From an uncultured Gemmatimonadales bacterium (GTDB taxonomy: Bacteria; Gemmatimonadota; Gemmatimonadetes; Longimicrobiales; RSA9), in assembly GCA_963708135.1 (NCBI GenBank), contig OY970192.1, positions 3,648,001 to 3,712,000 of the forward strand: a DNA stretch of 64,000 bases, written 5' to 3'. The notes under the pieces are model-generated. The model was not told the DNA's origin, did not search any database, and saw only the letters and a program-made list of their open reading frames with translations. Position numbers and translations under genes: made by a program. Numbering within the stretch: the first letter of the stretch is position 1; the number at the start of each line of letters is the position of its first letter. Shown here piece after piece: positions 39,475-48,360 of this stretch.

Positions 39475-40026
39475 ATGGAGATGGATATGGCAGGGCAGGA
39501 ACAGGAGCTGGAGGCGTGCGCGTCGTGCGCGCTGGGGACCTCGCGGCGGGAATTCCTGAGGGACGCCGCGGTGGCGGCGGCGGTGCTGCTGGGGCTGGGG
39601 GCGAGGCGGGGGCAGGCGTCGGTGCTGCCGGGTCGGCTGGTGGCCACGGGCCGCTCGGGGGCGGGAACGGTGACGTATCCGCTGCCGGCCGGGGATGGCG
39701 TATCGATCGACCGCGAGCAGGAGATCATCGTGGCGCGGTGGCAGGGGAAGGTCTATGCCTTCTACCTCTCCTGCCCGCACCGCCACACGGCGCTCCACTG
39801 GATCCAGGGCGACAACCGGTTCGAGTGCCCGAAGCACCACTCGAAGTACCGGCCGGACGGGGAATACATCTCGGGGCGGGCGACGCGCAGCATGGACCGC
39901 TACGCCGTCCGGATCTCGGGGTCGCAGGTGATCGTGGACCCGGACCGGGCGTTCCGGCAGGACGAGGACCCGCAGGGCTGGAGCTCGGCCTACGCGGTGG
40001 TGCCTTCCGCGGGCGCATCCGGCTGA
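39475..40026 (+). CDS. Second Tat-exported Rieske protein, lacking the disulfide cysteines
   Basis: SRREFL Tat motif; CPHRHT and CPKHHS; SGRATRSMDRY. Confidence 0.85.
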   Translation: MEMDMAGQEQELEACASCALGTSRREFLRDAAVAAAVLLGLGARRGQASVLPGRLVATGRSGAGTVTYPLPAGDGVSIDREQEIIVARWQGKVYAFYLSCPHRHTALHWIQGDNRFECPKHHSKYRPDGEYISGRATRSMDRYAVRISGSQVIVDPDRAFRQDEDPQGWSSAYAVVPSAGASG

Positions 40027-41393
40027 TCGTCGCCGCCGATCCCGAGCTTCTCGAGCTTGTACCAGAGGGTGCGGACGCTCACGCCGAGGATCCGCGCCGC
40101 CTGCGTCTTGTTGTCGCCCGTCGCCTGGAGCGCGGCCAGGATGGCGCTCCGCTCCGCGCGCTCGACGGCCTCGCGTAGCGGGGGTGGCGGGCCGGTCTGC
40201 GCGCCTGCGACGCTCGGCCGTACGGCGCTACCGTCCGCCTCCGGGAGGTCGAAATGACGGAGCATGCCGTTGCGCGCGAGCAGCACGGCACGCTCGACCA
40301 CGTTGTTGAGCTCCCGCACGTTGCCCGGCCAGGTGTACGCCTCGAGCTGGGCGACGGCCTCCGGCGCGAGGCGCACGTCGCGGCCGAGCGAACGGCCGAG
40401 GCGCTCGGCGGCGTGCAGCGCGAGCGGGGCCACGTCCTGGACGCGCTCGCGGAGCGGCGGGACGTGGACGGGGAAGACGTTCAGGCGATAGAACAGGTCG
40501 GCGCGGAATCGGCCCTCCGCCACGAGCGCGGCCAGATCGCGGTGCGTCGCGGCGACAATGCGCACGTCCACGCGCCGCACCACGTTGGAGCCGAGCCGCT
40601 CGAGCGTGCCTTCCTGGAGCACCCGCAGCAGCTTCGGCTGGAGCGAGGGCGGCATGTCCCCGATCTCGTCGAGGAACAGCGTGCCGCCGTCCGCCAGCTC
40701 GAACTTCCCCGCCCGCTCCTGCACCGCGCCGGTGAACGCGCCCCGGCTCACGCCGAACAGCTCCGCCTCCAGCAGCTCGCCGGGGATCGCCGCGCAGTTG
40801 AGGGCGACGAAGAGCGCCTCCGCGCGCGGCGAGCGGGCGTGCACTGCGCGCGCGACCAGCTCCTTGCCCACGCCCGTCTCCCCGGTCACCAGCACGGTCG
40901 TGGGCGCCGGCGCGACGCGGTCCACCGAGGAAAGCACCGTCCGCATGGCCGCGCTGGCGGCCACGATCCCCTCGGGGCCCGGCTGGACCTCGCGCAGATA
41001 GGCGTTCTCCCGCTCCGCCCGCGCCGCGCCGAGCGCGCGCGAGACGAGCGCCTCGATCTCCTCGACCGCGAAGGGCTTCACCACGTAGTCGAAGGCGCCC
41101 AGCTTGATGGCGCGCACGGCGCTCTCGACCGTGCCGTAGGCCGTGATCAGGATGACCGGCAGCTCGGCGCGGGTGCCGCGGATGCGCTCGAGGAGCTCGA
41201 TGCCGGAGCGGTCGGGGAGCTGAAGGTCGGTGAGCACGAGGTCCACCGGCTCCGCCTCGAGGACGCGCTCCGCGTCCGCGGCGGTACCGGCGCACAGCAC
41301 GCGGTAGCCCAGGTCGCTGAGCGAGAGCTCGAGGATCCGGCGGATCCTCGCCTCGTCGTCCACCACGAGGAGCGTGGGAATGCTGGGGCTCAT
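39990..41393 (-). CDS. Sigma54-dependent response regulator (NtrC/AtoC family)
   Basis: REC; GETGVGKE; GAFTGA; LFLDEIG; WPGNVREL; Fis-type HTH. Confidence 0.95.
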   Translation of the reverse strand: MSPSIPTLLVVDDEARIRRILELSLSDLGYRVLCAGTAADAERVLEAEPVDLVLTDLQLPDRSGIELLERIRGTRAELPVILITAYGTVESAVRAIKLGAFDYVVKPFAVEEIEALVSRALGAARAERENAYLREVQPGPEGIVAASAAMRTVLSSVDRVAPAPTTVLVTGETGVGKELVARAVHARSPRAEALFVALNCAAIPGELLEAELFGVSRGAFTGAVQERAGKFELADGGTLFLDEIGDMPPSLQPKLLRVLQEGTLERLGSNVVRRVDVRIVAATHRDLAALVAEGRFRADLFYRLNVFPVHVPPLRERVQDVAPLALHAAERLGRSLGRDVRLAPEAVAQLEAYTWPGNVRELNNVVERAVLLARNGMLRHFDLPEADGSAVRPSVAGAQTGPPPPLREAVERAERSAILAALQATGDNKTQAARILGVSVRTLWYKLEKLGIGGDDQPDAPAEGTTA

Positions 41394-43084
41394 GCGTCTC
41401 TCCCGGACGGAATTCGAACGGTGGCGGTGGTGCCGGCGCCCGGCTCGCTCTCAAGGGCGACCTCGCCGCCGTGGGCCTCGACGATGCGCCGTACGATCGG
41501 CAGCCCGAGGCCGGTCCCTCCGCCGCCCGTGGTGAAGAACGGCGTCCACACCTCGGCCAGCTCCTCGGCCGGGATGCCGCGGCCGTGGTCGCGCACCTCG
41601 AGCACGGCGTACGAGCTTTCTGCGCGCGTGCCGACCTCGACGGGCTGGCCGGGCGCGGAGGCCTTTCGCGCGTTGGCCAGCAGGTTCAGCGTGACCTGGT
41701 AGAGCTGATCGGCGTCGCCCTCGAGGGGCGCCGCCTCGAGGGCGGCCTCGAGTGGCACGCCGGCCGCCTCGTACTCGCCGGCCATGGCGGTCGTGACCTG
41801 GCGGACGACATCGGCCAGATCGAGCGGGATGCGGCGGGGCGGGCGCGGCCGGGCGAAGGCGAGCAGATCGTTCACGAGCCGGCCCAGACGCGAGACCTCG
41901 CCGAGGATGAACGTGGTCAGCTCCTCCTCGCGCGAGCCGCCCGGCGCGGCGCGGGCCAGCATCTCGGCGGAGCCGCGCACGATGGAGAGCGGCGTGCGGA
42001 TCTCATGGGCCAGGGCGGCGGCCATCATGCCCATGGCGGCGAGGCTCTCCTGCCTGGAGAGCTCACGGCGCGAGGCGTCCAGGCGCGCCACCATCGTCTC
42101 GAGCGCGTCCGAGAGCACCCTGACCTCACGCGGGGCGGCGCTGCTCACCCGGTCGAAGTCGGGGCGGATGTCGAGCCGCACGTCGCGGGCGGTGTCGGTG
42201 AGTCGGCGCAGCTCGCGCGTGGTCGAGCGGGCGAAGAGGAGCGAGGCCGGCAGCGTCACGGCGAGGAAGACGAGCGCGAGGGTCAGCAGCTGGCGTCCGG
42301 TGTCGCGGAGCGGGCTCAACGCCTGGGACTCGGGCACCATCATCTCGGCCTGGAGGCGGAGTCCGCCCAGGTCGCGCATCGGGCGGCGGGCGGTGAGCGC
42401 GTGGGGATCCGCCGGCGGGTCCTGGCCGGCGACGATCCGGCCGTCCGCGGCGCGGATGGCCAGCCCGGCGCGGTCGTCGGGCGCCGCCTCCGCGAGCAGC
42501 TCGGACCAGGGGGTGAGGAGCGCGAGCCAGCCGAGCCGCTCGCCGCGCGGGCCGAACACCGGGCTCGCGGCCAGGACGCCGCCCTCGCCCGGGCCGCCGC
42601 GCAGGTAGAGGCGCGCGTCCGCTCCGCTGGTGCGGCGGAGCAGCGGGAGCCAGCCTTCGCCGAGCGTGCTGCGGCCGATCCAGGCGGGGTCGGAGGAGGC
42701 GACGACGCGGCCGCCGGGCTCCACGGCGAGCGCGAGATCGCGGCCGCGGAAGCTGCCGGCGAGCTGGGCGAGCGAGGCGGCCAGCCGCTTGTCAACATCG
42801 TCGACCGCGATGTCCTGCGCGGCGCCGAGGCCGGGCCAGACCTCAACGAGCCGGAGCCGGTCGCCGAGGGCGCGCTCGAGGCGGTCGCCGACGAGGCGGT
42901 CGCGGGCCTCGAGGCGCTGGGCGGCCTCGCGGAGCAGGGCGTCGCGGCCGCGGACGTACTCGATGGCGAGCACGGCCCCGGTGGCGAGGAGCACGAAAAG
43001 GGCGAGAGCGGAGGCCAGACGCCCCGCGAGGGTATCGGGCCAGCGTCTAGCGCGGCGCCGCGGCCGCCGCTCATCATCAGGCAA
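41390..43084 (-). CDS. Sensor histidine kinase with periplasmic domain and HAMP
   Basis: Two TM segments; AHEIRTPL; NLLANA; DHGRG; GTGLGL; ATGA overlap with the regulator. Start uncertain (TTG 43084 chosen). Confidence 0.88.
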   Translation of the reverse strand: MPDDERRPRRRARRWPDTLAGRLASALALFVLLATGAVLAIEYVRGRDALLREAAQRLEARDRLVGDRLERALGDRLRLVEVWPGLGAAQDIAVDDVDKRLAASLAQLAGSFRGRDLALAVEPGGRVVASSDPAWIGRSTLGEGWLPLLRRTSGADARLYLRGGPGEGGVLAASPVFGPRGERLGWLALLTPWSELLAEAAPDDRAGLAIRAADGRIVAGQDPPADPHALTARRPMRDLGGLRLQAEMMVPESQALSPLRDTGRQLLTLALVFLAVTLPASLLFARSTTRELRRLTDTARDVRLDIRPDFDRVSSAAPREVRVLSDALETMVARLDASRRELSRQESLAAMGMMAAALAHEIRTPLSIVRGSAEMLARAAPGGSREEELTTFILGEVSRLGRLVNDLLAFARPRPPRRIPLDLADVVRQVTTAMAGEYEAAGVPLEAALEAAPLEGDADQLYQVTLNLLANARKASAPGQPVEVGTRAESSYAVLEVRDHGRGIPAEELAEVWTPFFTTGGGGTGLGLPIVRRIVEAHGGEVALESEPGAGTTATVRIPSGRDA

Positions 43085-43106
43085 ATCTGAACCCCGGAAC
43101 CTGGGA

Positions 43107-44237
43107 ATGGAAGCGAGAAAACGGCCGCTCCCCGTGCGGTGGAGCAGGGCCATCCCGCTGGCGCTCGCGCTGGGCTGGACGGCGCCGCTTGCGGCGCAGC
43201 TGCCGGCCCCGGCGGTGAGCAGCCCGGATGCCATACACCTCGGCGGCTACGGAAGTGTCGTGCTGGGGCGGAGCCTGGGCGCCGCGCCGACGCCGCGCAC
43301 CGGCATCGATGCGGCCACCGCGGCCGCGCTCATCTCGGGCACGCTCCTGCCCCGCCTCAGCTACTTCGGCGACTTCGAGGCGGCGAGCTTCACGGAGGAG
43401 AACTGGACGGGTCGCCGCGAGGAGCGTCGCACGGAGATCGCGCGCCTGTACGCGGAGTACGCCTTCACCGATGCGTTCCGGCTGCGCCTCGGCCGCTTCC
43501 TCACACCGGTCGGCCAGTGGAACGAGATCTTCGCCGAGCCGCTGACCTGGACGGTGCTGCGTCCGCTCACGACCTACCGCCCGTTCGCGAAGAGCACGAC
43601 CGGCATTCTCGCGGCCGGCAGCGTCCCCGTGGCGGGCCACGACGCTGGCTACGCCGTCTACTTCTCGCCCGTCGGCTGGAGCCGCGAGGAAGGGCAGGAG
43701 ACGGGCTTCGCGCGGGCGCTCGGCGGGCGCGCGGCGGTCGAGCTCTTCCCGGGGCTCGTCGTCGGCGCCAGCGCCGCGGAGTTCCGCGTCTCGCGGCCAT
43801 ACGAGCCCAACGACCCGGAGTACGACCACCGGAACGCGCCTCCGGGCTCCACGCCGCCGGACTCCGTTGACGGGCCGGCGGAGGAGATGCGCGAGGCGGA
43901 AGACGACGCGCGCCGGCTCGTGGGCGGCGACGTCGCCTGGAACCTGGGGCGCGTCGAGCTGCTCTCCGAGGCTGTGGCGCTCTCCGGGACGACGCTGCGG
44001 CCGGCGGAGCACGGCGCCTTCGTGCAGGCCGCGGTGCGCGTGATCGATCCGCTCCACCTGGTGCTGCGCACGGAGGTCTACGACCCGGTGTACCAGTCCA
44101 CCGTGCACGTACAGACCCTCGGCGCGACGCTCCGCCTCCAGCGCCACTGGACGCTCAAGCTGGAGCGTCAGATCACCGACCACGCATCCGAGCGGGTCCG
44201 CGACGGATGGTTCGTCTCGGCATCGGCGCTCTTCTGA
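43107..44237 (+). CDS. Putative outer-membrane beta-barrel (porin-like) protein
   Basis: Signal peptide; LGGYGS; RLYAEY; LRLGRFLTPVGQWN; C-terminal Phe (SASALF). Confidence 0.72.
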   Translation: MEARKRPLPVRWSRAIPLALALGWTAPLAAQLPAPAVSSPDAIHLGGYGSVVLGRSLGAAPTPRTGIDAATAAALISGTLLPRLSYFGDFEAASFTEENWTGRREERRTEIARLYAEYAFTDAFRLRLGRFLTPVGQWNEIFAEPLTWTVLRPLTTYRPFAKSTTGILAAGSVPVAGHDAGYAVYFSPVGWSREEGQETGFARALGGRAAVELFPGLVVGASAAEFRVSRPYEPNDPEYDHRNAPPGSTPPDSVDGPAEEMREAEDDARRLVGGDVAWNLGRVELLSEAVALSGTTLRPAEHGAFVQAAVRVIDPLHLVLRTEVYDPVYQSTVHVQTLGATLRLQRHWTLKLERQITDHASERVRDGWFVSASALF

Positions 44238-44668
44238 TCGCCGCGCTCGCCGCCCCGCCCGTCCGCGGGCAGGGCCGCGAGCGCGCGCCGGCACCCCTCG
44301 CGGTGATCGTGCACGAGGACGTCCCCGGCACGACCCTCGACGCCGCCACCGTGCGCCGCATCTTCCTGCGCCGCCAGCGCTTCTGGGAGGACGGCACGCT
44401 CGTGGCGCCCGTAAACCTGCCCGCCACCTCCCCCGTCCGCGACTCCTTCTCCCGCGCCATCCTCGGCCGCGCGCCCCGCGACATGGCCGAGTTCTGGAAC
44501 GACCTCTACTTCCACGGCATCCAGCCGCCGCCCGTGCTCGACAGCGAGCGCGCCGTCCTGCTCTACGTGGCGCGCACCCCCGGCGCGATCGGCTACGTGG
44601 CCGCGGACGCGCTGCCCGACCCGGACGATCGCACCGGATATCGGGTGGCGCTGGTCGTGCGACGGTGA
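44207..44668 (+). CDS. Small periplasmic binding-protein-like protein (PstS-like annotation family)
   Basis: Signal peptide; AVIVH; VRRIFL; VARTPGAIGYV. Confidence 0.75.
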   Translation: MVRLGIGALLIAALAAPPVRGQGRERAPAPLAVIVHEDVPGTTLDAATVRRIFLRRQRFWEDGTLVAPVNLPATSPVRDSFSRAILGRAPRDMAEFWNDLYFHGIQPPPVLDSERAVLLYVARTPGAIGYVAADALPDPDDRTGYRVALVVRR

Positions 44669-44704
44669 GGCCCGCCGGGGCTTTCCCGGCCCTCTCGCCA
44701 CCCC

Positions 44705-44881
44705 GAGTGGGAGAGTGGGAGAGTGGGTGACCGGGCGACGCGCGCGGGAACCTCGGGTCGCCGGGCCAGGCCGACTTCGCGGCGGCGCAGCTTCGCCGGG
44801 CCAGGCCGGCTTCGCGAAGCCTCTCGGGCCGCGGACACTCGGCCGCCGCGAACACCACCCACTCCCCCACTCCGCCACTCA
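44705..44881. repeat. Intergenic element with (GAGTGGGA)n left arm and inverted CCACTC-repeat right arm
   Basis: 8-nt periodic arms; same architecture at 56589-56816. Confidence 0.7.
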
Positions 44882-44931
44882 GCTGGAATTCCCCCTCGCC
44901 CTTCCCCGCCCGCGCGCCTAGCTTTCTCGGC

Positions 44932-45768
44932 ATGATCGAGCTCGCCACGCACACGGCCACGCGCTACGTCCAGCCGCTCCGCGAGGGGGGGTCGCTGCCG
45001 GCCGTGGTGGACACGGAGGGCGGCGGGCTGTTCGTTGCCAAGTTCCGGGGCGCGGGCCAGGGGGCGAAGGCGCTCGTGGCGGAGCTGATCGTGGGGTTGG
45101 TGGCGCAGGCGCTCGAGCTGCCGGTGCCGGAGCTCGCGCTGGTCGAGGTGCCGCCGTCGTTCGGGCGGAGCGAGCCGGATCCGGAGATCCAGGACCTGCT
45201 GCGGATGAGCCACGGCACCAACCTCGGGGTGCGCTACCTGGATGGCGCGTTCAACTTCGACGCGCACGCGGCGCTCGAGCTGGTGCCGGCGCGGCTGGCG
45301 GCGGAGACGGTCTGGCTGGACGCGTACCTGACCAACCCGGATCGCACGCACCGGAACCCGAACCTGCTCATCTGGCGGCGGCGGCCATGGCTCATCGACC
45401 ATGGCGCCGCGCTGTACGCGCACCACGACTGGAGCACGGTGGACGAGGCGCGCACGCGGACGCCGTTCCCGCTGATCCGCGAGCACATGCTGCTGACGCA
45501 CGCGGACGACATCGAGGCGGCGGATGCGCGGCTCGCGCCGCTGCTGACGGAGGAGCTGCTCGGGGACGTGCTCGCGGCGGTGCCGGACACGCTGCTGCTG
45601 GATCCGGTCGCCCGCGCCGGCTTCGCATCGGGGGAGGAAGCGCGCGCGCGCTACCACGCCTACCTGCGTTCGCGCCTCGAGGCGCCGCGGGCGTTCCTCG
45701 CGGAAGCGGTTCGCGCGCGCGAGGCCCGCCTCGCGGAGCCGCCGCGCATGCTGAGGGCGCGCCGATGA
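44932..45768 (+). CDS. HipA-like kinase (HipA_2 type)
   Basis: PLREGGSLP; KFRGAGQG; WLDAYLTNPDRT..NPNLL; WLIDHG. Confidence 0.85.
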   Translation: MIELATHTATRYVQPLREGGSLPAVVDTEGGGLFVAKFRGAGQGAKALVAELIVGLVAQALELPVPELALVEVPPSFGRSEPDPEIQDLLRMSHGTNLGVRYLDGAFNFDAHAALELVPARLAAETVWLDAYLTNPDRTHRNPNLLIWRRRPWLIDHGAALYAHHDWSTVDEARTRTPFPLIREHMLLTHADDIEAADARLAPLLTEELLGDVLAAVPDTLLLDPVARAGFASGEEARARYHAYLRSRLEAPRAFLAEAVRAREARLAEPPRMLRARR

Positions 45769-46163
45769 GCGCGCCGGGCCGCGTCGCCTACACGTTCGCG
45801 GTGCTGCGGGCCGTGCCGCACGTGTACGCGGGCAGCTTCGTCAACGTGGGGGTCGTGGTGCACGCGCGCACGGCGGAGTACCTGGGGATGCGTGCCCTGA
45901 CGGATCCGGAGGCGCTGCGCGCGCGCGTGCCCGACGCGGACGTGCCGCTGCTCGCGCGCTACCTGCGCTCGTGCGAGGCGGTGTGCGCCGGGGACGCGGC
46001 GGCGGGCCCCGTGGCCCTGCGGCCGTCGTCGGAGCGGTTCCACTGGCTGACCGCGCCGCGCTCGGACGTGCTGCAGGCCTCGCCGGTGCACGAGGGGGTG
46101 TGCGCGGACCCGGCCGTGGCGCTGGGGGAGCTGTTCGAGGAGCTTGTGCTTGTCGGGAGGTGA
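45765..46163 (+). CDS. DUF3037-family protein
   Basis: YTFAVLRAVP; FVNVGVV; ERFHWLTAPRS; SPVHEG; ATGA overlap with the kinase. Confidence 0.85.
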   Translation: MSAPGRVAYTFAVLRAVPHVYAGSFVNVGVVVHARTAEYLGMRALTDPEALRARVPDADVPLLARYLRSCEAVCAGDAAAGPVALRPSSERFHWLTAPRSDVLQASPVHEGVCADPAVALGELFEELVLVGR

Positions 46164-46259
46164 GAGGATAGTGATGCGGGACGCGGGCAGCGGTACGTGC
46201 CCGGCCCCGCCGCCCGCGAGTCATTCCCGCACCGCGGGCCCGGGAGCCCGCACCCCGTG

Positions 46260-46781
46260 TCACATCCTCCTCGACAGGTGCTCCTGGATGATCTTCCAGT
46301 GGCCGTTCAGGCGGCGGAACACGGCGGTCCAGGCGCCGCGGATCACGTGCGGCTGGCTGTCGGGCGCGATGTGGGGGATCGACCAGGTGCCGGTGAGCGT
46401 GGCGGCGTCGGGGCCCAGGCGCTGGACAAAGACGGAGTCCCACCGCCAGGTGGCGTTCCTCATGTTCTTGCCGACGTAGGTCCAGAAGGTGCGGATCCCC
46501 GCACGCAGCGAGTCCGGCGTCGTGATGAGCTGACCGCCGCTGGCGGAGATGACGCGGCCGCTGTCCGGATAGAGGGAGCTCATCCGTTCCACCACACCGG
46601 GGCGGCTGAAGTCGTAGGCGGCCTGGATGAGGTGCTCCAGCGTGTCGGCCAGGGCGGGATCGGGACCGGCAGGATGGGCCGGTGCGGCGCCGCCGCACCC
46701 TGAGGCCGACGCGGACAGGGCGCCGAGCAGGAGCAGCCGGCGAACTTTCCGGCGTTGCCGGTGGTAGAACGCTGTGCGCAT
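46260..46781 (-). CDS. NTF2-like (DUF4440/SnoaL) lipoprotein
   Basis: Lipobox-like ASGC; LGPDAA; TAVFRRLNGHWKIIQEHLS. Confidence 0.8.
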   Translation of the reverse strand: MRTAFYHRQRRKVRRLLLLGALSASASGCGGAAPAHPAGPDPALADTLEHLIQAAYDFSRPGVVERMSSLYPDSGRVISASGGQLITTPDSLRAGIRTFWTYVGKNMRNATWRWDSVFVQRLGPDAATLTGTWSIPHIAPDSQPHVIRGAWTAVFRRLNGHWKIIQEHLSRRM

Positions 46782-46800
46782 CCCCGAACGGAAGGTCCCC

Positions 46801-47520
46801 ATGCGTACTCCCTCGCTAGTCGTCGCCATCTCGCTGGCCGCTCTCGCGGGTGCCTGCTCGGGCGCCGGATCGGCGCCGCGCGCGAACACGCGCCTGGACC
46901 GTGAGCTCGACCTTGCCATCGACCAGGCCGCACGCCCCGCGCCGGTGGTCTCGCAGCTCGAGCTCGCGGGGGAGGCGAAGGCGAAGACACCGGCCGCCGC
47001 CCCCACCCGCCAGCGCGCATCCGCGGCCAGGCACGCGAAGGTCCGGGCGGTCCGGAAGTCGAATCCGGCGCCCGCACCCGCGAAGCCGGCGCCGGAGAAG
47101 CCGACCGTCGCCGCGGCGCCGCAGCCCCATCCCGCGCCGGTGCCGGTCGCTTCGGCGCCCGCGCCCGCGCCGGATCCCGCGCCCCCCGCCACCTCGGGTC
47201 CCAAGAACGCGCCGCTTCCCGAGCCGATTCATACCGGCCATGGCGGCGGATGGTTTCCCGAGCCGACGGACATGGGCGTCCAACGGCCGGGGATGCCCGG
47301 CGGGGCCGGCATGCCGGGCATGCCGGGCAGCGGCGGGGTGATCATCATCCGCGGCGGCGGCTCGGGCGCCGATCCATGCGACGAGCGCCACCCGCACGCC
47401 CCGGGCGGAATCGGCGGGATGATCCTCCCGCGCCTTCCCGGCCTGCCCGGAGGCATCGGCGGCCGCGGCAGGATCGGCGGGCACGGCGGGATCGGCGGGA
47501 TCTTCCGGGGGCGTCACTAG
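46801..47520 (+). CDS. Hypothetical Pro/Ala/Gly-rich lipoprotein
   Basis: Lipobox-like LAGAC; LDRELDLA; IIIRGG...DPCD motif; largely low-complexity. Confidence 0.65.
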   Translation: MRTPSLVVAISLAALAGACSGAGSAPRANTRLDRELDLAIDQAARPAPVVSQLELAGEAKAKTPAAAPTRQRASAARHAKVRAVRKSNPAPAPAKPAPEKPTVAAAPQPHPAPVPVASAPAPAPDPAPPATSGPKNAPLPEPIHTGHGGGWFPEPTDMGVQRPGMPGGAGMPGMPGSGGVIIIRGGGSGADPCDERHPHAPGGIGGMILPRLPGLPGGIGGRGRIGGHGGIGGIFRGRH

Positions 47521-47523
47521 GCG

Positions 47524-48354
47524 GTGACAGACGGAGTCGCGGAGCCGCCGGGTGCGGCTTCAGGGCGGCGGCGGCGCAATGCGCGGAAGGGTGCGGGACT
47601 CATGCTCGGACGGCGGGTCCTGTCGGGTGTGTTGTGGATCGGCATCGCCCTCATCGTCGTGCTCTGGCTGCCGCTCCTCTCGCTGATCTTCCTCTTCACC
47701 GCCCCGTTCGATCCGGGCCGCTACACGGTCGGCCGCTGGTTCCGGCGGGCCGCGGTCACATGCGTGAAGATCAACCCGCTCTGGCAGTTCCGGACCTCGG
47801 GCGTGCGGATCGCGGATCCGCGGCGGCCATACGTGGCCGTCTCCAACCACGAGTCCTTCGCCGACATCTTCCTGATCAGCCACCTGCCGTGGGAGATGAA
47901 GTGGCTGTCGAAGGAGGCCATCTTCCGCATCCCCATCATGGGCTGGATGATGCGGATGGCCGGCGACATCGAGGTCCGCCGCGGTCGGGCGCGCAGCCGC
48001 GCGCAGGCGATGGAAGAGATCCGCGACCGGCTGGAGAAGAAGAAGGTGTCGGTGATGGTGATGCCCGAGGGCACGCGCTCGCCCACGGGGGAGATGCTGC
48101 CGTTCAAGGATGGCGCCTTCCGCATCGCCGTCGAGTGCGGCGTGCCGATCCTGCCGATGGCGCTGGCGGGGACCCGCCACGCCATGGCCAAGCACTCGCT
48201 GCTGTTCAACCGCGCGCGCGCCGAGGTCCGGGTGCTCGAGCCGGTGGAGACGGCCGGGCTGAGCGCGGCCGACGTCCCCGAGCTGCGCGACCGGGTGCGC
48301 GACCGCATCGCCGAGGCCCGCGCCCGCCTCCAGGAAGAGCTCTCCAGCCGCTGA
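47524..48354 (+). CDS. 1-acyl-sn-glycerol-3-phosphate acyltransferase (PlsC family)
   Basis: NHESFAD; MPEGTRS; PFKDGAF. Start may be 47602. Confidence 0.9.
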   Translation: MTDGVAEPPGAASGRRRRNARKGAGLMLGRRVLSGVLWIGIALIVVLWLPLLSLIFLFTAPFDPGRYTVGRWFRRAAVTCVKINPLWQFRTSGVRIADPRRPYVAVSNHESFADIFLISHLPWEMKWLSKEAIFRIPIMGWMMRMAGDIEVRRGRARSRAQAMEEIRDRLEKKKVSVMVMPEGTRSPTGEMLPFKDGAFRIAVECGVPILPMALAGTRHAMAKHSLLFNRARAEVRVLEPVETAGLSAADVPELRDRVRDRIAEARARLQEELSSR

Positions 48355-48360
48355 GCCGCC

